Of a stretch of 20,000 bases of DNA, positions 11,065 to 20,000 are shown piece after piece; within the stretch, counting starts at the first letter, position 1, and each line of letters opens with the position of its first letter. The notes beneath the pieces are model-generated. The model had not been told where the DNA came from and did no database searches. It was given only the letters and a program-made list of their open reading frames with translations. Source of the stretch: Psammoneis japonica (lineage: Eukaryota); the NCBI GenBank assembly GCA_008632985.1, contig QPGO01000034.1:118110-138109 (forward strand). Reading direction: 5' to 3'. Both the position numbers and the translations under genes were made by a program.

Positions 11065-13070
11065 AGAGCACAACAGTGGCACATTTCACTTTTTCAATTG
11101 TCAACAAATGATCATTTGGCTTTGAAAAGGCACAAAAAAGTTCAGCAAACTTTTCAAATTGAGCAAACTTGGCAACTTTGTCATGCATCCAAGTTTTTTG
11201 GCACAAATTTGGTTCTTGCAATTGTGCAGTTTTTGTGTTGTCTGAAGTCCCCAAATTTGTGCATGTGCATTGGCAAATTTGTGCAGAGATTCCTCTGAGG
11301 TCCAAACTTTTGGTGCCCATCAGAGAAAATTTCACTTTTGACAACTTGGCACACTGCATGGGCTGCATTGGTGCAGATGCACAGAACTGTGCAGGTGAGA
11401 TCAGTTTTGTGGGAAAACTCACTGATTTGAATTGTTTGAGCATCAGCAAAGTTTCCATTGAGGATTTTCAAACAGAGCACAAATTTGCTAGAAATTGTGC
11501 ATGAATGTGGACTCTCCGGAAAGCCCCAATGCAGCCAAAGTTGTCATGTCCCAGAGATGACAGCTTTGGATGAAGCCAGGAGCAAGAGTTTTGTGGCGGC
11601 TTTGTCCGCACCACTGGCAGCTGTCATCAATGTGAGAAACAAGCTGTCATGGGTGCCGTTGCTCTTTGATGAGCAGCAACCCCCATTGTCCACCATCCTT
11701 GTTCTCCACAAGAAAGATCTGGGATGAGTCTAGTGGGTGTGTTGTCTGTGAGCACCATCTGCCATGCCAAAACACAGCATCAAGTTGAGTGCACTCTTGC
11801 TGTCTCCAAGGCTTCCTCCCATCCAAGGGTGGTTGCTGGCAAGCCAGGAAGCCACACCATGGCAAACACCTTGAAACACCTTGAGCACCCAAGGAGTGAC
11901 CATCAGCGGCTTTGATCATGAAGTGATGCTGGATGAGATTGGCTGCCCAAGATGACAAAAAGGTTTGAACACCTGATTGAGTGGAGTGCAATGTGCTGAG
12001 AAAGTGCTTTCTTTACAAAGAATTTTTCTCAAGCTGGACTTTTGATGCCTCAAGTGCCCTGTGTGCTGCTGCAGTCAGCTTTGTCCCTTTCAGCATTTTG
12101 CAGAGCTGGGGTGTGAATGATTGAGCAGAGCCTGAGGTTTGTGAATCTCTCGCACAACTTGCATCATGGGAGTGGGTCTGAACCCTCTTCCATGATGCAC
12201 CATGAGCCATCAAGGTGTCAAAGTTGAAGTGCCAGTGCCCTTGTGTCAAATGATGAGCATGTGTTCTTGCATGATTGGTTGGGGCTGTCCAGGGCATCAC
12301 CCTCTGCTGGACATTGTTGGACCCTGGAGGCCATCAACAAAAAGCTTGCCTCCTGCCACTCAGCAGGTTGCTGCCCCAGCCTGTCAGCCCAGCCAGCTCC
12401 ATCTTGCTGCTCTGGGAGCTCCGACATTTGCTTGCAATCCAGCATGTCACTGGCTTTCCACAAGTCCAAAGAGACCTGGAAGACCACGACTTGGTGGATG
12501 GCTGCAGCAAGTTGTCAGAAAAGCTTTGCTTTGATGATGCCAGTTCCTGTGCAATGCTTGGTGGTGCAAAACCATGCAAGGCATCATGGAACTTGACATG
12601 GGCTTTCACATGCAAGCAACATGCTCAGTGCCCCCCACATCACTTCAAGGAGGCTGAAGAAGCCCCTGAAGCCACCCCACTGTCCTTCAGCATTGGGGCC
12701 ATGGGGTCATTCATGTAAAAAATTAGAGTTTGTCTGACTTGCAGTGAGACCACCATGACGACCTGCTGCACCTCCAAGAGACCAACAACCTGAGTCTGAC
12801 ACTGAAGTCCTGAGACATTCTCCCTGCATTCTAGCTGGGAAAACTCAACTTTCATTTGCTTGGCTTTCATGCCACTGTGCACAGCATCAAGCACTGCACC
12901 ATCTCAACAGCACAGCCCAAAATTTGTTGCTCACCTGTTGGTTGGGTTTTTCCTGGATTTTTGTGTCATTTCTTCACCCAATGATCAACTAAATCCATGG
13001 TGGCTTGCAGGCTCCATGCCAGCTGGGTTTGCTTTTTGCTGGCCATTGTTGCCATCCACCCACCAATTGT

Positions 13071-14053
13071 CCAGCATTGCTTTGGGTCACCATGATGAGA
13101 CAAATGTTTGACCCATTGCAATTTGCAACCTTGGTGGCACAACAAGAGGCTGCAACACAAAACTCTCATCATGCACTTTCTTGGCTGTCAGCCAGTGGTT
13201 GCTGGTCACTTGTGGGGCTGGAAAAGATGTGGACAATTGTGACAGGGCATCCAGCATTGCTTTGGATCATCCTTGCTGGGTGCACATTTGACCCACTGCA
13301 TTTTGCAGCTTTGGCAGTGCAGCAAGAAGAGGCCAGAGCACAGCATTCTCATTGCACACTTTGGTCACAAGTGGGCAATTGCTGGTTGCATGTAGGGCTG
13401 GAAAAACACAGACAATTGTTGTGACAGGGTGTTCAGTGTCACTTTGGGTCATCACAATGAGGTGCACATTTGACCCATTGCAATTTACAGCCTTGGCAAT
13501 GCAACAAGAGGCTGCTGCAACACAAAATTCTCATCGTGCACTTTGGTTGGCAGCCGGCTGTTTTGCCAAGTGCCTGTGGGCTGGAAATGATGCAGCTGAT
13601 TGTGACAGGGCATCCAGCATTGCTTTGGGTCATCATGACAAGGTGTGCATTTGACCCATTGCAATTTTCAGCCTTGGTGGTGCAACAAGAGGCTGCAACA
13701 CAAAATTCTCATTGCACACTTTGGTCATTGGTTGGCAGTTGTCAGTTGCTTCCAGGGCTGGAAATGATGCAGATGATTGTGACAGGGCATCCAGAGTTGC
13801 TTTAGGTTGTCGTGACATGATGTGCCCTTGCTCTGTTGCAATTTGCAGCCTTGGCGGTGCAACAAGAAGCTTCAACACAGAAATCTCACAGTGCACGTTG
13901 GTCATTGGTCGGCAGTTGCCAGTCACTTGTGGGGCCAGAAGTGATGCAGATGACTGTGGTGGGGTGTCTGATGCTGATTTGGGTTGTCATGACAACATGC
14001 ATGTTTCATCCATTGCAATTTGTGGTCTCAGCAGTGCAACAAGAGGCTGGAAC
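13071..14053. repeat. Tandem array, ~5.5 units of ~176-182 bp
   Basis: Units start near 13071, 13251, 13433, 13614, 13791 and 13967. Shared core: CCAGCATTGCTTTGGGTCA...TTTGACCCATTGCAATTT...CAACAAGAGGCTGCAACACAAAATTCTCAT...GGGCTGGAAA...TTGTGACAGGGCAT. Confidence 0.95.
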
Positions 14054-14345
14054 TCCATGGGTTTTTTGCACACTTGGTTGTTGTCATTGTTGGAGATGGC
14101 AGGTCACTCATTGCTGTCTCAAGAGCTTTTTAACCCACCTCAACAAAGTTTTTGTTTGACAGACAACTGACATGTCATTTGCAGCAAATGTTGCAGCCAA
14201 CTGGTGGGTGCCACTCAGGTGCAATGAAACAACCAGGAGAGCTGCAGTCCCACACAGAGCAGTGCCTGCCAATGCAGTGCACCATTCTGAACTTTGCAGA
14301 GCATTTTTTCCAAACTGGTGGGCTGTGTTGTGTTTGATGTGGGGA

Positions 14346-14381
14346 AATGGGGGTTTCTTTTTCACAAACAAAAACCCCATT
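14346..14381. other. Imperfect inverted repeat (hairpin) AATGGGGGTTT...AAAACCCCATT
   Basis: Read directly from the sequence; lies between the two tandem arrays. Confidence 0.55.
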
Positions 14382-14430
14382 GGCCAGCACAGGGGTGCTT
14401 TTTTGGGGTTGTTGCAATTTTTGCAGTGTT

Positions 14431-14805
14431 CAGCCTGCAGTTGTTGGGTTGGTTGGTCCCATCAGTGTGTGGGGTCCTTTCACTGTGGAGCAGAGAGTTT
14501 GAACAAGTCTGGTTTTCCTTGGTGAGATGAAGCCACAGCTGCATGACAGTGGCCTTGCAACATTCTTCCACAGGTTTCAAAGTGTTGCCTGGGATCTAAG
14601 AAAGACTGCCAATGCCCTCAGGCTGCAGTTGCTGCATTGGTTGGTCCCACAGTGGTGTCCTTTTACTTTGAAATTAGGAAATGCAAGCCATTCTTCTTGG
14701 TGGGATGAGCCACAACTGCACAAAAGTGGCCTTGCAACACTCCACCACAGCTCTCAAAGTGTTGCCCGGGATGTGCCAAAGATCCTCAGTGCCCTCAGGC
14801 TGCAG

Positions 14806-14836
<31 letters not shown>

Positions 14837-15070
14837 CACATCCAACCAGGACAACACAGTGGATTGTTGTGGTTGTTGTGTTTGTTCATCCCACAATGGT
14901 GACTTTTCACTTTGGAGTTGTTGGGAAACTCAAGCCATCCTGCAGCTCTCAAAGTGTCACCTGGGATCTGCCAAAGACCCCAAGTGCCCTTAGGCTGCAG
15001 CTGTGTTGCATTGGTTGGCCCTGTGACAGTGTCCTTTTAATTTGGAGTTGGGGGCTCAAGTCATCTTCCA
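14431..15070. repeat. Second tandem array, ~3.4 units of ~177-195 bp
   Basis: Units start near 14431, 14619, 14796 and 14991 (CAGGCTGCAG-like). Shared CTCAAAGTGTTGCCTGGGAT...CCAAAGA...TGCCCTCAGGCTGCAG and TTGGTTGGTCCC. Confidence 0.9.
14806..14835 (+). repeat. (TTG)10 microsatellite
   Basis: Ten perfect TTG units inside unit 3 of the second array. Confidence 0.97.
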
Positions 15071-15376
15071 CTGGCAGCAGACAAAATTGAGTCATGTGAC
15101 AGATGTGCATTCTCTGAAGGTTGCTCACATTTGAACCAAATGAAAGACATGCAGTTGTCAGAGGTTGGTGCACTTCTGGGAGATGCAATGGTGGTGGGTG
15201 TCACAAGTTGCCACACAACTGGCACATGCATTGCAGTCATGGCCATTGCAGCTGCAATGGCATGCTGGCATTTAGGATTTGACACAAATTCTGGAAGCTG
15301 ACTTGACCCCTTCATTCTCAATTGTGCCGGTCAATCTCAAATTTGTTTTTGGAAGTGCTGCGGTGGTGACAATGTG

Positions 15377-18300
15377 TCATCTGACACTTGGTTCCTTTTT
15401 TAAAAGTGTTGTGCAATGCCCAATGAGTTTGCATTGTGCAATGAACTCCTTTTTCCTCTTTGGTGTCTTCAGGCTCAGTTTTTTACACACAAGACACCTC
15501 CACTCAGATTCATCACACATGCAACCCTCCACCATGATCAGCACAACACCTCCTGGTCTCATTCTGGCTTTACAGACTTGTTCACAGCACATGTCCTGAG
15601 TGAAGAAGATGAGCTGCTGAGCACTTGATGCAAGGCATTTGTGCATTCAGTGTTTGCATCTGTGTTGCTGGCATTGCCAGAGGTCAATCATGACCTGATG
15701 CAAGCACAATCAACCTTTTCAAGTGCTTTGAATGACTCCTCTTTGTCCAAATCCTCAGTGCCCAACAACAGATTGAACAAACCAAACTGGCTCATTGCTT
15801 TTGTTTGCACTGTGGAGCCAGATGCCAAGAGCAACATGTCAAGAAACAAAAAGAAGAAAAGTCACCTGTGTCACTCACTCCCAATGTCTTGGATTGCTGT
15901 CCCAAGAGTCAATGTGATGTGGAGCTCCCAAAGCACATTCATTCTTTTTGCTTTCAAATGGATGCAATGAGTCTCCAGAAAAATGTTGCCAACATTGTGG
16001 ACCATGGTGTTGACATTGAGCAAAGGACATCACTTGCATGCTGCCATTCTTGCAACATGGGAATGCAAGCCATGCATCACAGTCACATGACAAGAAGTCT
16101 CTGATGAAAATGCCAAGACAAGGCACTGTGCATTGGCCAAAAAGTTTGGTGGCACTTTTGCATTGCTCATTCTTTCATGGTTTTGGAGTGTGTTTGCAGC
16201 AACTGCACAACCTGGCTGCAAGAAATGAAGAACCACCAGTTCTGTTGGAATGGCACATTGCACACTTTTGTCAAGATGTTTTGCCCCCATCTCTTGATGC
16301 ACATGCAGAATGCCTTCAGGTGCCACTCAAGAACAATGCAATTGTTTCATTGTGGCTGCTGTTTTCTGCTGTCTTCAGACAGTCAAAAATCTTTCTAATT
16401 TGGGGATCATGCTCCACAAAGAACGCATTGTCTTGTGCTCCCATTGTTGATCTTCACTCCTCCCACCCATGGCCAAAGCCTTGTTGAGTCTGCTTGCCCC
16501 ATTTGAGTTGCAAGGATTGCACATCCCAGTGTTGCCATCACAAATGCAATTGGGTGGTCCTTCTTGATGCAGCCACTCCACGCTTGGCAGGCATTGATGG
16601 TGACAACCTTTTCTGGTTTTGCACAAGACAATGAGACATGGTTGCACACTGTCTTTTGGGGTTGTTCTTGTTGCCATTTGCACCCCACAAGACACATGTG
16701 GGAGCCAATGGAGAATTTGATTTAGGAGGCTTTGACAAGTCAATGCCAAGTTTCTCAAATGCAGGTGCGCAGCTCTTGTTGGCAGTGCTGGAAAGTCCAA
16801 CATTCAAAGGCTTCCTCATTGCAATGGGGTCAAATGTGAGCCAAACGGAGCAGCCTGTCTGTTTGTCCAACACACTGGTTTTCAAAAGGAAAGCGACACT
16901 TTGTCCAACTCGTTGGCAAGAAAATGCACTGAGAAACCATCCCTGCTGCATTGTGGAGCAGAGACAGGTTGAATGCATCACTGTGCAAGCTGGATGTTGC
17001 AGCTGAGGAGTTTGCAGTGGAAGCCCCTGTCACCACACAAATGGCTTTTTCTCAGCACATTGAAACAAGACAAATCACTGCACAGTGGTCCAAGAGCTTG
17101 TGGCCCTGTCAATGCCAAGACATCTCACTTTGCTTGGCGCTTCATTGTGCTGGCCAACAAGCCCACAATGTCTGCAATGTGCAACATGGGGAAGGTGCAC
17201 TTGAATGTTTTGTGCATCAGTGGTGAGTGGAGTGGGCTCTGTGGAAGCAACACTGAATTCTGTTGTGGAGAGCAGCTCCAAAAAAGACAATGTTCATTGT
17301 GAACAAACCCAACATCAGTTTTGGCCTCTGATGTTTCCACCTGCATGGAGCCAAACACCCTGCAAGCAACCAAATGCAAACATGCAAACATCTTGTGAAG
17401 ACAAAAATGATGGGTGTGGCTCATTGGATTTTCTGCAGGATTCTCATGTGCAGTTTCTGCACATTGATGAATGGTGCCTGCTGCAACAACAAGTGGCCAT
17501 CTTGCTCACCACACAATTTCAAGTTTTGTTGCAACAAACACTGTTGTTGCCAAGAACCTGTCCTCATTGATGCTGTCCCCCCCCCCCCACACACACACAT
17601 TTTGACTCTGCTCTTCTTTGGCGTCAAGTGTGCAGTGCTGTTTTGGATGCAGATCCAGGCAGTTCAATCTCAGTGGTTGATGAAAGGAGCAAGCTCTTGC
17701 CACTGCTTGTGTCTCCCATGACAGATTCACATGTTGGCCCACAATTTCATTCTTCAAAAGCTTCTCCACAAGCCTTGGTGGCTTTTGTTGCCCTCTGAGG
17801 TCACCACCGCTGCATGTCAAATTTCCTTCTTGCTGGAAATTTTGGGTGTTTCCAAGGAAAATTAAGCCGAATCTGAAAGACATGTCAACCTGGCCAATGA
17901 GATGCATGGGGACAAAAAAAATGAGCATTGGAGACAAAGTTGCTTTTCATTTTTTATCTTGGTGCTTTTGGCGGCACTGGCAACATGAACTTTGGCTCCA
18001 CGTGCTGGATCTTTCAGGTGAGGGCTGCATTTGGGATGCTTCTTCAATTCACTGTCTTCATTTGCTTTGCCATGACATCAATGGTGCAATGAGTGTGATT
18101 CCAACCATGACAAAAAAGCACAGACCTGTTTTTTTAAAGTGTTGTCAGTGCCTTTACCCTGCAACCGGCAAACCCACACTTCCAGTGTGGACTGCCTGAT
18201 GATGTCACAGCACAGGCACAAGTGGATCATCCAGAGTTTGCATGGGCCGCTGGTGGCACCCTTCAAAAGCAACATGCTGTGCCAAGCCATTTTCATTTGT

Positions 18301-19219
18301 TGAAAAATGCTGATTTTGAGTTGTCAAACATGACTCGTGGCACAATCCATTTTTGTTCAATTTTGGTTTCAATCACAACTGTCAAATGTCACATTGGAAC
18401 ATTGTTGCAGCATCAAAGCTTTTGTCTTGGGATCCCTGCAGAACAGTCTGTTGAACAATTGTTTTTTCATTGCCTGGCACATGACACAAATCAATGGAAT
18501 GACCACTGCTTTCAGGGCCAACAAGACTTGTCTCTAGACCAACAAATCTGTGTTTCTGTGCCACAATGGTTTGTCTCATTTTGTGAGACACAACTTCTGG
18601 ACTTGTTGTTTGACCTTGTTTCATGAATGCCTCTCATCCCACCTGATTCTTTGCATCAACATGTGCAAATTGAGCTGCCAGCCCCAGGACTTCTTCACAG
18701 CCCAAGTCCACATTTCTTGCTGTCAACACACACACAATTCAGTTGGCTCAATGGCTGGGTTTTCCACTTTGGCTTGGGCCATTGCTCTTGCTTTGTCAAC
18801 TGAAACTTGTTTTGACAGATGCTTCACAGTGTCCCTGCCCACATGTTTCAGCAGCTTTTTGTTCAGTGTTGCCTCCTTCACACTGTTGATGGCAGCGGAG
18901 GAGTTGAGCAGCAGCAAGCACACCATTCCCAGCATTGACACATTTTGTTGGTGAGTGAGCTAAAACTTGTTGGGAAGGTGTCTTGGTGTTAGTTGGTTGG
19001 GTTGTTGAGCTTGCTGTTGGGAAATTCCACAAGTGCAGCTGCATCATCATTCTCAAAACTCTCCCCTTTGGTCTCCTCCTCTATGTTGTCAGAACATTCA
19101 ACAGCATCCTGAGTGCACGACTCAAAGTCTGTTGACTGATCAGTTGGTGAGTCATCCACAATGTGGCCCTCATCTTCAAAGTCACCTTTGAAATCTGCTG
19201 TTGCCTTGTTGCATGCCAT
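15377..19219 (-). pseudogene. Large decayed ORF, possibly a transposase (Academ/DUF6589-like), with an acidic N-terminal tract and a C-terminal Cys-rich PHD-like remnant
   Basis: Acidic segment at 18989-19219 (DFEDEGHIVDDSPTDQSTDFE...EEETKGESFENDD) and helical-looking 18723-18941. Weak motifs FGCLQ....WKH near 17340 and DPIAM...LDF...NLAL...MATRT near 16660-16830. CEQVC...EGCMCDESEWRCLVC at ~15485-15590. Family call is tentative. Confidence 0.35.
17577..17598 (+). repeat. C12 homopolymer followed by (AC)5
   Basis: Read directly from the sequence. Confidence 0.9.
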
Positions 19220-20000
19220 CCTGTCACCTGGTGTGTCATCAGCATTCTGCCTCTCATGAGCACTGCACCATCCACAACAGACTGTTCTTGTGGTGCCATG
19301 TGCTGTGTGGTGTCAGCCATGACACAGAAATTGGCCACCATGTGCTGCTTCATTTTTTGTGACCAGTTGTCAGATGATCTGCTTCATTCTCAAGCACCAA
19401 CATGGGCAGGCACGGATTGTTGAGGCCAAGAGACTTCTGCCAAACCAACACCAAACTGTGCCTTTTTAGGTTTGTTGCCACACTGATTTTTCTGCCAATG
19501 TTTGCATCACCTCACATTGTTGGAATCCATCTGTCATTTTGCTTGATGCTTGGGTCAATCCACTCAAGTGCTTTTTGCCTTTTTTCTGTGCTCATGCTGA
19601 ATTTCTGCTCTGGACAATGGCACAACAATGACACATCATGTGACCCCCACACTGACAATCACAAAGAGCAGCAGTTGTGCACAAGAGAGAAAACTTGCAC
19701 TGCTGCATTGTGGATGCTGTCAACATGGTCAGCATGGTGGGACTGCACTTTTTTGTCATTTCGGTGGCCTTCAATGGTTGTCAAACCAGCAAGTGAATGT
19801 TGCCAAAAGACCATCCCACTGGGCTGCCTGTGCTCCTCATTGATGCACTTGCCTTGGCAGCTTGTGATGGCTCTGTGGGTGGGTTGCCAAAGGTGTGAAT
19901 GCAAACTGCAAACTTGCACAACAACAAGCACCCTGCTGATGCCAAATGACAAATCACACAAACCACCAAATGTTTCACTCCAAAGAGTGAGACAAAAAAA

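Noticed and set aside
11033..14406. Short inverted match CCAAAAAGCACCCC (11033) versus GGGGTGCTTTTTTGG (14392) as TIRs
   Set aside because: Low complexity, imperfect, does not extend convincingly, and no TSD.
14415..14430. CACTG-type (CACTA/EnSpm) terminus TTTTTGCAGTG
   Set aside because: No matching opposite end found in the window.
13071..15070. CRISPR array
   Set aside because: Whole ~180-bp units are homologous, with no repeat-spacer structure and no cas genes.
1..20000. Dense overlapping six-frame ORFs rich in Cys/His as real small or metal-binding proteins
   Set aside because: Explained by TpA loss, which removes TAA/TAG stops and turns Tyr/Arg codons into Cys/His; recognisable domains are frameshifted.
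1..20000. Alternative genetic code or recoding
   Set aside because: Frameshifts and lost catalytic residues show decay, and the bias also covers non-coding repeats.

Overview
Eukaryotic, probably diatom (inferred from the transposon families), repeat-derived DNA with no intact gene. It holds a decayed ~6.7-kb non-LTR retrotransposon on + (ORF1 remnant, APE endonuclease, RT, RNase H, Zn finger; Ambal-like). That element is bounded by a perfect 16-bp direct repeat and sits inside a minus-strand Sola-like DDD transposase, whose likely terminus is at 11060 (CTC|TTAA). Further right are two ~180-bp tandem arrays and a large decayed minus-strand ORF. The most striking signal is window-wide: both CpG and TpA are almost erased and replaced by TpG/CpA. 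Conserved Tyr codons have become Cys (TGY) or His (CAY), and tandem-repeat columns show TA/TG/CA variants. This suggests a both-strand, context-dependent A:T->G:C hypermutation at TpA acting alongside CpG deamination, a candidate RIP-like repeat-inactivation process of opposite polarity. All family assignments come from my recall of motifs, not from database searches.
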